A program made the position numbers and the translations under genes. 64,000 bases of DNA from an uncultured delta proteobacterium (lineage in GTDB: Bacteria; Myxococcota_A; UBA9160; SMWR01). This document shows, in pieces, positions 41,172-55,004 of the stretch (the first letter of the stretch is position 1; every line of letters starts with the position of its first letter). The notes under the pieces were generated by a model. It was not told the origin of the DNA and searched no databases. It was given only the letters and a program-made list of their open reading frames with translations. Location: the NCBI GenBank assembly GCA_963832165.1, contig CAWHTE010000003.1, forward strand, positions 128,001-192,000. The letters run 5' to 3'.

Positions 41172-41993
41172 TTGGGGACGCTCCACCTCGTGGCGACGCC
41201 GATCGGCAACCTCGAGGACGTGACGCTGCGCGCGCTGCGTGTGCTGCGCGAGGCCGAGCTCGTGCTCGCGGAAGACACGCGCCACACGCGCGTACTGCTC
41301 GATCGGCACGGGATCGCCGCGCAGCCGGTGTCGTTGCACGAACACAACGAAGCGCGCCGCAGCGAGCTCGCGCTCGAGGTACTCGCGCGCGGTGCGAGCG
41401 TGGCGCTCGTCTCCGATGCCGGCACGCCGCTCGTGTCGGATCCGGGCGAACGCCTCGTGCGCGCGGCGCTCGATGCGGGTCATGCAGTGTGCGCGGTGCC
41501 TGGGCCGTCGGCCGTGCTCGCAGCGCTGGTCGCCTCGGGGCTGCCGACCGGCGCGTTCTCGTTCGTCGGGTTCCCGCCGCGCAAGTCCGGCGAGCGCAAG
41601 GCGCTGTTCGAGTCGCTGCGCGACCGTGCCGAGACGCTCGTGTTCTTCGAATCGCCGCGCCGGATCGGTGCGACGCTGAGCGGGCTCGCCGACGCGCTCG
41701 GCGAGCGCCGCGCCTGCGTCGCGCGCGAGCTCACCAAGATCCACGAGGAGCTCGCACGCGGCACGCTCGCCGAGCTTTCGGCGCGTTTCGCCGAGGGCGC
41801 TCGCGGTGAAGTGACGCTCGTGGTGGAGGGTGCCCCCGCGCGCGCCGCGGCGCCCGACGAGCTCGTCGATGCGGCGATCCGCGCGCGATCGGCCGCGGGT
41901 GGCTCGGCCTCGGAGATCGCGCGCGACGTCGCGCGCGCGACTGGTGTGGCGCGCAGCGCGGTCTACGAGCGGATCGTGCGCGCGAAGGGCTGA
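41172..41993 (+). CDS. rsmI: 16S rRNA C1402 2'-O-methyltransferase
   Basis: VATPIGNLEDVT, AEDTR, SDAGTP, FESPRR and RELTKIHEE. Confidence 0.96.
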   Translation: MGTLHLVATPIGNLEDVTLRALRVLREAELVLAEDTRHTRVLLDRHGIAAQPVSLHEHNEARRSELALEVLARGASVALVSDAGTPLVSDPGERLVRAALDAGHAVCAVPGPSAVLAALVASGLPTGAFSFVGFPPRKSGERKALFESLRDRAETLVFFESPRRIGATLSGLADALGERRACVARELTKIHEELARGTLAELSARFAEGARGEVTLVVEGAPARAAAPDELVDAAIRARSAAGGSASEIARDVARATGVARSAVYERIVRAKG

Positions 41994-42856
41994 GCTCTGG
42001 TGTGGCGCCAGCGCGCCAACATCGCCACAGCCGCCGCGCAGAGCCACAGACCTCCGGTCGGCTCCGGCAGCGCCATCACGTCGAGGATCTCGTCGCGGTA
42101 GAACGATAGATCTGCGCTGAAGGTGAGGTTTCCGTAGAGGGAGCTCTCTGGGGGCTGATTCGAGTAGTTCGGTCCGATCGCGAACAGCAGCCCGGCCAGC
42201 TCCCAACCGGCCCCGTTCCAGGCGAACGCAGGTCCGCCCGAGTCCCCGATCGTCGCCTGGGCCTCGTGGGCCGAGCCTCCCTCATCGAAGGAGGTTCCGA
42301 ACGACCAGGTCTGGGTCCCGTCGAGCAGAGACATGAACAGGTGGGCGACTACGGAGTTGGTGCCCCAGCGCAGGCTCTGCCCGGTTCCCCACTCGTAGCC
42401 GTAGAAGGGCCCCGGCGGGTCGGGGCCATTGGGGTCACAGAACGTGGTCGGCCCGCGGTCGCGGCCGTTGCCAGCGAGGATCACCGCCGTGCCTTCGGTT
42501 GGCGTGACGCTGGCGATCGGCAGTGCCGGCAGCGGCGGCGTCGGATGGATCTGGAACATCAGGAGATCGGCGTACGTTCCATCCTCGTCGTTCGTGAGCT
42601 GGACGGCCGTACCCGGCACGTAGGAGTAGGTCACGCCGCCGAGCACGACGTTGCCCGGCCCGTTGTGGCCGGCCGTGAGCGCGAACCTTCCGCCGAGGTA
42701 GACGGCGGTCTTCACGCCGAGCGTTCCGACGTTGCCCCAGCCGGGATCCGGGACCGGAGCGGTCTTGTTGCCGGTGCCATCGCCCGAATCGATCACGACC
42801 GCCGAAGCCGCCGTGGCGAGCGCGATGAGCGCAGTGGTCACCGGTGCGAGTCGCAT
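41963..42856 (-). CDS. Secreted trypsin-like serine protease with PEP-CTERM-like anchor
   Basis: Signal peptide, LTAGH, ADL, GDSGGP. C-terminal LPEP followed by a hydrophobic helix and a basic tail. Confidence 0.8.
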   Translation of the reverse strand: MRLAPVTTALIALATAASAVVIDSGDGTGNKTAPVPDPGWGNVGTLGVKTAVYLGGRFALTAGHNGPGNVVLGGVTYSYVPGTAVQLTNDEDGTYADLLMFQIHPTPPLPALPIASVTPTEGTAVILAGNGRDRGPTTFCDPNGPDPPGPFYGYEWGTGQSLRWGTNSVVAHLFMSLLDGTQTWSFGTSFDEGGSAHEAQATIGDSGGPAFAWNGAGWELAGLLFAIGPNYSNQPPESSLYGNLTFSADLSFYRDEILDVMALPEPTGGLWLCAAAVAMLARWRHTRAQPFARTIRS

Positions 42857-42869
42857 GGTGATTCTGAGT

Positions 42870-47569
<4,700 letters not shown>

Positions 47570-47570
<1 letters not shown>

Positions 47571-47626
47571 CAAGGAGGCCGACGAAGTCGGCCGACGCGC
47601 AGCGAGCCGAAGGCGAGCGAAGGCCG
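47570..47626 (+). repeat. Composite REP-like element between convergent genes
   Basis: The 36-bp unit shared with 38597 overlaps the CGCGCAGCGAGCCGAAGGCGAGCGAAG core shared with purH, purD and tsaC. Confidence 0.85.
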
Positions 47627-47645
47627 GCAGCCCGAGCGCGAGCGA

Positions 47646-48869
47646 TTAGCGAGCGCGAAGGCCCGGCTGGGGTGAGCGCGTCGCGGCGACCTCGATCAGC
47701 ACCTTCTCGAGCTTCTCGAAGTGGGACTCCCAGGTCCAGTTCGCCTCGACGAACGCGCGCGCGGCGCGCGCGAGAGACGTGCGCTGCTCGGCGTCGCGCA
47801 GCAGCCCGATCACCGCGTCCGCGGTGCTCGCTTCCTCGTCGCGCACGAGCAGGTGCTCTCCGGGCGTCGCGCCGATGCCCTCGTTGGCGGCCGACGTCGC
47901 CACCACGCCGAGCTCGCACGCCATCGCCTGCACGAGCTTGTTCTGCATGCCCGCGGCGATCCGCAGCGGCGCCACCGCCACTTCGGCACGGCACAGCCAA
48001 TCCGCCACGTCGGGCACCTCGCCGGTCACCTCGATGCTTCCGGCGTGCGCGAGCGCCAGGACCGAGCGCTGCGGATTGCGCCCGACGATCCAGAACTGCG
48101 CGTGCGGCACCGCTTCGACCACGCGCGGGAAGATCGCCTGCGCGAACCAGGTCGCGGCGTCGACGTTCGTGAACGTGGACATCACGCCGCTGATCACGAT
48201 CGCCCCGGGCGTGCGCTGCGCGGCGCGGACGCGCTCGAGCGGCGGGACATCCTGTCCGTGTGGACACACGATCGCGTGGGGCACTGGAGCCGTGCGCTCG
48301 AGCGCAGCGATGTCCGAGGGTCCGCACAGGAACACGCGGTCGAAGTCGGCCGCCGCGGCCACCTCCCAGGGGCGCACCTTGGCCGCCTCGATCCCGTAGA
48401 AGATCTTGCGCAGCGGGTCGCGCGAGTGCTCCACCATGCGGCCGAGGTTCAGCGCCTGACTCACCTGCATGCCCATCACCTTGGGAATCGGCAGGTGGCG
48501 CGTGTACTCGGCCATCCGGATCAGATGGGTGTAGACGAGGTCGTAGTCTTCGTTCGCGAAGAGCTCCGCGATCCGCGCGCGCATCGCTCCCGAGCGGTAG
48601 TACTGCGACTGCATCGGGGCCCGGAACGGCAGCGTGAGCGCGGTGCTCGCGTACGAGACCCACTTCGGCAGGCGTACGGCCTCGATCCGGCGGCACACCG
48701 CGCCGAGGCCCTCGCGCAACACGCGCTCGTCCTCGGCGCTCTCCACGGTGCACGCGAGGTCCACGCGGTGGCCGCGGGCGACCAGGAAGCGCACCAGGCG
48801 GTCGACGGTCATCGCGTCCGCCATCGTCGGCGGCCACGGCGGGCGCGCACACACGACCAGGAGCTTCAT
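47646..48869 (-). CDS. Glycosyltransferase family 4 (type seen in PEP-CTERM/EPS loci)
   Basis: ARPPWPP, NVDAATWF, IVGRNP and APLRIAAGMQNKLVQAMA. Confidence 0.88.
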   Translation of the reverse strand: MKLLVVCARPPWPPTMADAMTVDRLVRFLVARGHRVDLACTVESAEDERVLREGLGAVCRRIEAVRLPKWVSYASTALTLPFRAPMQSQYYRSGAMRARIAELFANEDYDLVYTHLIRMAEYTRHLPIPKVMGMQVSQALNLGRMVEHSRDPLRKIFYGIEAAKVRPWEVAAAADFDRVFLCGPSDIAALERTAPVPHAIVCPHGQDVPPLERVRAAQRTPGAIVISGVMSTFTNVDAATWFAQAIFPRVVEAVPHAQFWIVGRNPQRSVLALAHAGSIEVTGEVPDVADWLCRAEVAVAPLRIAAGMQNKLVQAMACELGVVATSAANEGIGATPGEHLLVRDEEASTADAVIGLLRDAEQRTSLARAARAFVEANWTWESHFEKLEKVLIEVAATRSPQPGLRAR

Positions 48870-50128
48870 GAGAGGCGCAGGACGTGCTTCCCCTGCACGC
48901 GCCACTCCGCGTCGCGCGCGTAGGCAGCGCTGCCGTGGCCGATCACGATCAGCTCGGCACTCGCAACGGCGTGCTCGAGGTCTTCGGTGAGCAGGCTGTT
49001 GATGTGGGGCAGCGAGCGCTCGAGATAGGCGCGATTCGAGCCGTGCAGCCGCGAGAGCAGCACCGCGGGATCGTGGATCGCCAGCGCGATGCCCTCGCCG
49101 ATCATGCGCTTCGCGAGCGCGAGCAGCGGGCTCTCGCGGAGGTCGTCGGTGCCCGCCTTGAACGCGAGGCCCAGGAGCGCCACGCGCCGCGCGCCCGACG
49201 CGAGCACCGCCTCGAACGCGCGATCGATCGGAATCTCGTTCGAGCGCAGCACGGCGTCGAGCATCGGAATCGCGACGTTCCTCTCGCGCGCGGCTGCGCC
49301 GAGCGCGCGCAGGTCCTTCGGCAGGCAGCTCCCGCCGAACGCGAAACCGGGCCGCAGGTAGAGCGGCGACAGGTTGAGCTTGGTGTCCTGAGCGAAGATC
49401 TCCATCACGCGCGCAGGATCGGCGCCCGCAGCCTCCCAGACGCGACCGACCTCGTTCGCAAACGTGACCTTGAGCGCGTGGAAGGCGTTGTCGGTGTACT
49501 TGATCGCCTCGGCCACCTCGAGCGGCACGGAGAAGCGCGGCGCGTCGACACGCGCGTAGAGCGCGAGGACGGGCGCGCCACCGCCGGGCTCGCGCTCTCC
49601 CACGAGGATGCGCGACGGCGCGTCGTAGTCGCGCAGCGAGCTGCCCTCGCGCAGGAACTCCGGGTTGGTGCACACGTCCCAACCGTCGCCCGCGCGTCGG
49701 CCCGAGGCGCTCTCGACCTCGGGCACCACGGTGCCGCGCGTGCTGCCCGGCAGCACCGTGCTGCGCACGACCACGCGATGATCCGGCGCGGCGAGCGAGA
49801 GCTTCGACCCGATCTGCCGCGCAACCTGCTGCACGTAGCCGAGGTCGAGCGAGCCATCGCTGCGGCTCGGCGTGCCGACGCAGATCAGCGACACCTCGGC
49901 TCCGTCGAGACCCTCCGCGGGATCGTCGCTCGCGCGCAGCCGGCCCGCCGCGATGCCCGCGGCGATCAGTTCCTCGACGCCGGGCTCGAGCACGGGCGAG
50001 CGCCCCGCGTTGAGCGCCTCGACCTTCGCCGCGGAGACGTCTACACCCACCACGTGGTGGCCGTCGCGCACGAGCGCGGCGGCCGTCACGGAGCCGACGT
50101 AGCCGAGCCCGAAGACGGCGACTCTCAC
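48866..50128 (-). CDS. Nucleotide-sugar dehydrogenase, GDP-mannose 6-dehydrogenase (AlgD)-like
   Basis: VFGLGYVG, ICVGTPS, NPEFLREG, YLRPGFAFGGSCLPKD and GLAFKAGTDDLRESP. Confidence 0.9.
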   Translation of the reverse strand: MRVAVFGLGYVGSVTAAALVRDGHHVVGVDVSAAKVEALNAGRSPVLEPGVEELIAAGIAAGRLRASDDPAEGLDGAEVSLICVGTPSRSDGSLDLGYVQQVARQIGSKLSLAAPDHRVVVRSTVLPGSTRGTVVPEVESASGRRAGDGWDVCTNPEFLREGSSLRDYDAPSRILVGEREPGGGAPVLALYARVDAPRFSVPLEVAEAIKYTDNAFHALKVTFANEVGRVWEAAGADPARVMEIFAQDTKLNLSPLYLRPGFAFGGSCLPKDLRALGAAARERNVAIPMLDAVLRSNEIPIDRAFEAVLASGARRVALLGLAFKAGTDDLRESPLLALAKRMIGEGIALAIHDPAVLLSRLHGSNRAYLERSLPHINSLLTEDLEHAVASAELIVIGHGSAAYARDAEWRVQGKHVLRLS

Positions 50129-50132
50129 GGCT

Positions 50133-51881
50133 TCATCCGGCCGCGCCGGCGCGGCGCGGCGGCTGCCCGATCACGGGACCCAGCTGCGGGTTCTCGACGA
50201 GGAACGGCCCGATCGCGAGGTAGTCGAGGTGGCCGCGCATGAAGCTGCGCACGGCGTCCTGCGGAGTACACACGATCGGCTCCTCGTGCATGTTGAACGA
50301 GGTGTTCACGAGAGTGCCGACGCCCGTCCGCGCGCGGTACTCCTCGAGGATCCGGTGGAACGAGGCGTTGGTGCTCCTGCGCACGATCTGCGGCCGCGCC
50401 GTGCCGTCGACGTGTACGGCGGCGGGGCAGGTGCGCCGGAACGACTCCGAGCAGTCCGAGGTGATCGTCATGAACTCGGCCGCGTGCTCCGCACCGCGCA
50501 GCCCGGTGTAGCTCGTGTGGGTCTCGTCCTCGAGCGTCGCTGGCGCGAACGGCATGAACTCCGTGCGGTCGAGCCGCTTGTTCAGCCAGTCGTTCACGGA
50601 TGCGTCGGCGCAGTGATAGAGGATGGAGCGGTTGCCGAGCGAGCGCGGGCCGTATTCCATGCGGCCCGCGAAGCGCGCCACCACGCGCCCCTCGGCGAGC
50701 TTCTGTGCGATCACGGGCTCGACGGGGTTGCAGTGGCGTGCCTCGAGACCCTCGGCGCGAATCGCGGCGAGCATCTCGGCCTCGTCGTACTCCGGGCCGA
50801 GGTAGACGTTTTCGAGCCGATACGGGGCGAGCGCGCCGCGCTCTTCGGCGAGCCTCCACAGCGGCGCGCCGAACGCGAGCCCGCCGTCGCTCATCGCGGG
50901 CTGGACGAAGATCTGGCCGAAGCCCATCTCCTTCACGAGCTTGTTGAGCTTCACGTTCGCGAACACGCCGCCCGCGAGGCAGATCGGCTGGCCGTCGATG
51001 CGCGGGATCACCCGCTCGATCATGCGCATGACGTCGCGTTCGAGCAGGTACTGGATCGCCCACGCGAGGTCGGCGTTCGACCAGTCGCCGAATACCGTGC
51101 GGCGGATCTCGCGCAGCTCGGCGATCGCCGCCGCGAACGCGGGATCGCCCTGCGTCGATCCGTGCGTGGAGTGGAGCATGAAGAAATAGGGACGGCCTTC
51201 GCGCGCCGACCACACCTTCTCGATCCAGCGTTCGAGCACTCCGAGCAGGCGATCGTCGCGCGAGCCGTGCGCCGAGAGACCGGTGACCTTGCCCGCGTGC
51301 CGGTGCGGGTGATGGCCCAGCATCGCGGTCATGTACTCGTAGTTGTGTCCGACCGGGAACTCGGTGTGGAAGCGCTTCGTTACGGGGGTGAGTCGGCCCC
51401 CCTTGGCGCGGAACACGCGCGAGGACAGCGTGTCGCCGACGCCGTCGACCGTGACGACGTCCGCCTCGTCGAAGCCCGACGGGTAGTAGGCGCTCGCAGC
51501 GTGACAGGTGTGGTGGTCGACATACCTGCGCGGCGTTCCCGGGAACACGCCGCTCTCGCTCTGGTGCGAGCGCCCGAGCGCCACGTCGGCGAGCTTGCGG
51601 AACCGCTTCGGGTGGACGTCCTGGAGCTTGCCGTGGATCGCATTGTAGATCGCGAGCCGCAGCTCTCGCGGGAAGCGGCTCGCGAGCGGCAGCCCGCCGT
51701 GCGCGGCGCGCGCGCCGGTGAGGTCGTAGTGCTTCGACACGTGGGCCGCAGCGAGCTCGGGCCAGCCGCCCTGCATCTTGACCCGGCTGAAGCGCTCTTC
51801 GGCCGCGGCGAAACGCGGGCGTCCGTCCTCCTCGAGCAGGACCACGCTCGCCTCGTGACTGCGGTGAAAACCAATCAACAC
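50133..51881 (-). CDS. O-carbamoyltransferase (NodU/CmcH/TobZ family)
   Basis: EERFSRVK, HHTCHAAS, DGVGD, AGGVFANVKLN, EYGPRSLGNRS, FMPFAP, HVDGTARPQ and NTSFN. Confidence 0.93.
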   Translation of the reverse strand: MLIGFHRSHEASVVLLEEDGRPRFAAAEERFSRVKMQGGWPELAAAHVSKHYDLTGARAAHGGLPLASRFPRELRLAIYNAIHGKLQDVHPKRFRKLADVALGRSHQSESGVFPGTPRRYVDHHTCHAASAYYPSGFDEADVVTVDGVGDTLSSRVFRAKGGRLTPVTKRFHTEFPVGHNYEYMTAMLGHHPHRHAGKVTGLSAHGSRDDRLLGVLERWIEKVWSAREGRPYFFMLHSTHGSTQGDPAFAAAIAELREIRRTVFGDWSNADLAWAIQYLLERDVMRMIERVIPRIDGQPICLAGGVFANVKLNKLVKEMGFGQIFVQPAMSDGGLAFGAPLWRLAEERGALAPYRLENVYLGPEYDEAEMLAAIRAEGLEARHCNPVEPVIAQKLAEGRVVARFAGRMEYGPRSLGNRSILYHCADASVNDWLNKRLDRTEFMPFAPATLEDETHTSYTGLRGAEHAAEFMTITSDCSESFRRTCPAAVHVDGTARPQIVRRSTNASFHRILEEYRARTGVGTLVNTSFNMHEEPIVCTPQDAVRSFMRGHLDYLAIGPFLVENPQLGPVIGQPPRRAGAAG

Positions 51882-51889
51882 GGCCCGGC

Positions 51890-53758
51890 CTACGTAGCAG
51901 ATCCGCCGGAGGCGGAGCAAAGCGAAACGGCCTCCACCGCATCGGTCGCCTGCGGCCGCCAGGTGAGTGCGAATCGCGGCGTCTGGAGCTCCACCGAGAT
52001 CTCGTCGCCGACGAGATCGAGCCGGGCGTCGCTGTCGACCGCCGCCGGTGAAATCCACCAGCCGCCGATCCAGGGCAGGTCGACGTCCGACACGATTCGG
52101 TGTCGGCGCATCGGGTGCGCCGCGCCGAACCGCTCGTGGAGAGCGGCGGCGCCGATCTCGGCCGCGCCGCGCAGCGGCGTGATCCGTGCCCGGGCGGACT
52201 CGTTGTCGGGATGCTCGTGCAGATGACTCTCGATCGTGTGGAGGCCGGAGCCCAGGACCGCGTCCAGCACGAGGATCCCCGCGTCGCCGACCGCCACGAG
52301 GCGGTGGTGCATCGGGCGGCCCGGCAGGAACGCGTACGCGTCGTGAGAGGCCGAGACCCAGTCCCAGGTTCCCGTGCGACCGCGAGCGGCGACGCGCGCC
52401 CTGCCGCGGCGCCCCACCCGGAAGCTGCTCCAGGCCTCGATCTGCTCCTCGCGGTCGAGCCGCAGCGTGTTGTGCGCCGCGGTGCTGCGGATCCGCTGCC
52501 GATCGGGGCCGGGGTCGTAGAGCAGCGTGCCCGTGTCGGTCACGACGCGATCCGCGCCGAAGCTGGCGTCGAACGAGAGGAGATCGGCGTGCGCATGGCC
52601 CATCTGTTCGTCTGGCGCGTGCGGGCCGACGCGCACCACGGCCCGCCAGCGCCCTCCGCAGAGCGGCGCGAGGCCCGCGCCGCGCTCGGGCGCTTCGGGC
52701 GCGATCGGTGCGACGAGCTCGCGCGCGGCCGCGAGCAGCGGCGGAACCGCCACCTCGCCGAGCCAGCCGTCGCCGAGCAGCGGGATCTCGCCGTCGCCCA
52801 GCGCCACCGCGGCCAGGAACCCCGTCGCACGCGCGAGCGCATCGTCCAGCCAGCGCGGACTCGCGTCGCCGAGCAGGAGGCGCACCTCGAGCAGATCGCG
52901 CGTGCACAGCGCGTGATAGAACGGCGCGCGCTCGATGTGGCAGCCGTCGGGCAGCATCTGCTCGGCGACCTCGCGCTCGAGCCACGCGAGTGCATCCCCG
53001 ATCCCGCCGACCAGCTCGTTCGCGAACACGAGCCCGACCACGTCCCGGAACAGATGGTTCCCGCGCAGATCGAGCTCGAGGTTGTCGCGCACGAACAGGC
53101 CGTGGCGGCCGATCTCGCGGCCGAGCGCGTCGGCGTGCGCGTTACCGCTGCGCAGGCCCAGGATCTGGCCGGCCACCGCCCAGTGCACGAGCCGCGTTGC
53201 CGCAGCGCGCGCGTTCCACGCGTCGAGCGCGAAGTCGCGGCAGCCGATCGGCGCGGCCGCGCGCCACTGGAGGACGAGGTCGAACAGCCGGTCGCGGTAG
53301 CGCGCGTCTCCGCTCGCGCGCACGGCGCGCGCGAGGTCCTCCGCGTAGCTCCACTCGTGCAATCCGGTCTTCCAGAGCCGCGTGCCCACGTCGAGATCGG
53401 GGCGGAACCAGTCGACCCGCTCGCCGAACTCGAGAGCGCGGCCATGAAACTCGAAGCGACCCGCGAGCGCGGCATCGGCCGCGGCGAGCGCCGCGTGCTC
53501 CGCCCGCGCTGCGATCCGGAACGCCGCGACGCGCGCGAGCCCAGGGTGATCCCAGCGCAGCGCGTGAAGCTGCGCCGCGCGCTCCGCATAGCGCGCGTCG
53601 ACTGCGGCCGAGTTGCGCTGCCAGCGCGCGCGACGCAGCCGATAGCGGATCCGGTGTGCGATCTGGCCCGGACGCAGGTGGCGCACCGTGCGCAGCGTCC
53701 GGGCGAGGGCGGCCGCGGTGGACAGGGCCGTCGCGCGATCGGTGGCGGCTTCCGTCAC
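51890..53758 (-). CDS. Heparinase II/III family protein
   Basis: LELDLRGNHL, LPDGCHIER, GHAHADLLSF, DTGT and RSTAAHNT. Confidence 0.88.
   Translation of the reverse strand: MTEAATDRATALSTAAALARTLRTVRHLRPGQIAHRIRYRLRRARWQRNSAAVDARYAERAAQLHALRWDHPGLARVAAFRIAARAEHAALAAADAALAGRFEFHGRALEFGERVDWFRPDLDVGTRLWKTGLHEWSYAEDLARAVRASGDARYRDRLFDLVLQWRAAAPIGCRDFALDAWNARAAATRLVHWAVAGQILGLRSGNAHADALGREIGRHGLFVRDNLELDLRGNHLFRDVVGLVFANELVGGIGDALAWLEREVAEQMLPDGCHIERAPFYHALCTRDLLEVRLLLGDASPRWLDDALARATGFLAAVALGDGEIPLLGDGWLGEVAVPPLLAAARELVAPIAPEAPERGAGLAPLCGGRWRAVVRVGPHAPDEQMGHAHADLLSFDASFGADRVVTDTGTLLYDPGPDRQRIRSTAAHNTLRLDREEQIEAWSSFRVGRRGRARVAARGRTGTWDWVSASHDAYAFLPGRPMHHRLVAVGDAGILVLDAVLGSGLHTIESHLHEHPDNESARARITPLRGAAEIGAAALHERFGAAHPMRRHRIVSDVDLPWIGGWWISPAAVDSDARLDLVGDEISVELQTPRFALTWRPQATDAVEAVSLCSASGGSAT
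51902..51916. repeat. Perfect mini-hairpin TCCGCC-GGA-GGCGGA in a gene tail
   Basis: 6-bp stem with a GNA loop. Encodes SASGG at the heparinase-like C-terminus. Single copy in this window. Confidence 0.4.
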
Positions 53759-54900
53759 GGTGCGCTCTGTTCGCTCTCCAGGACCGGTGCGAGCGCGCGC
53801 TCGAGCTGCGATGCGATCACTGCGTGCCCGGCTGGCGTCCAGTGATCGTCGTACATCGCTTCGCCCGCAGCGAGCTGTCGCGCGAGCGCCTCCGAAGGGT
53901 CGATCAGCGGGATGCCGATCTCGCTCGTGACACCGCGCAGCCACGGCAGCCACGTGTCGGAGACGGGCAGCTCGCCCGTGAGCTGCTTCTCTCCGCGCGG
54001 CACGTAGAGCACGAGCAGCGCCCGTCCATCGCTGCGCGCCGTGCTCGCCCATTCCGCGAGGATGCGGCGACCGAGCTCGCTCGCATGCGTGCGGTAGCGC
54101 TCGGGCCAGGTCGAGGGCAGGTCGTTCTGTTCCGGCACGGCGCCCGAGCGCGCGGTCATGCTCTGCGCGTCTTCGCGTGCCCTCCACGCGATGCCCTGGG
54201 TTCGCAGCATGGCGATCCGAGACCAGAGCACCTGCACGCTCAGCAGACGATCCTGGAGCAGCTTCCCGGCGCGGTACCAGCCCGGCAGCTGTTCGGGCGC
54301 GCGATTCCAGCGCAGTGCGTATCCGGGCGGATGGTCGTCGAGCACAGCGTAGGCCTTGGGCGTGGAGTTGCCGCCGTGGACCTCCTGGATCAGGAAATCG
54401 CTGTCGCCCGGATCGTTCTCGACGAAGGCATAGACCGCGACGTCGAGGTCGTAGCGCGGGGCCAGGACGCGGTAGGCATTGAAGCAGTGCAGCGTCCCCC
54501 AGCCCGACACACCCAGCCCGAGGGCTTCGACTCTGCGCTCTGCGATCTGTTCCGGAAGGAGTCGGAAGAACACGCTCGCGAGCGGAACCTGAGCCGCCTC
54601 GACGTACGAATCGCCAAAGATGCCGATGCGCGCCACGCCGGCGGGCTTGGCGGTCGCGTGCGGGACGTCCAGGAACCCCTCGGCGTTCGGCTCGCGCTCC
54701 ACATAGCGGACCTTGTTGTAGATCATGCGCGAGCCGTGGACGACCGAGAGCAGATCCGGCCGGTAGCGGCTCGAGCCGTAGAAGCCGGTCGGGAGCAGCG
54801 AGGGGAAGCTCCGCAGCGCGACTTCCGCGGCGCCCAGCGCCAGCAGCACCGAGACTCCGGCCATCACGAGATTCGCGAGCGCGGCGCGCCACCACTTCAT
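53755..54900 (-). CDS. Membrane-anchored SGNH/AlgX-like protein
   Basis: N-terminal TM (AEVALR), FGDSY, GVSGWG, END and DDHWTPAGH. Confidence 0.82.
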   Translation of the reverse strand: MKWWRAALANLVMAGVSVLLALGAAEVALRSFPSLLPTGFYGSSRYRPDLLSVVHGSRMIYNKVRYVEREPNAEGFLDVPHATAKPAGVARIGIFGDSYVEAAQVPLASVFFRLLPEQIAERRVEALGLGVSGWGTLHCFNAYRVLAPRYDLDVAVYAFVENDPGDSDFLIQEVHGGNSTPKAYAVLDDHPPGYALRWNRAPEQLPGWYRAGKLLQDRLLSVQVLWSRIAMLRTQGIAWRAREDAQSMTARSGAVPEQNDLPSTWPERYRTHASELGRRILAEWASTARSDGRALLVLYVPRGEKQLTGELPVSDTWLPWLRGVTSEIGIPLIDPSEALARQLAAGEAMYDDHWTPAGHAVIASQLERALAPVLESEQSAP

Positions 54901-55004
54901 GAAACGCGACGAATGTAGCTACCCGCGCAGGCCCGCGACGAGCGCGACACCGCCAGCTCAGGCCGGTCGCGCCCCCTCGCGCGCGGCGATAGGCTGCTCG
55001 CGCA

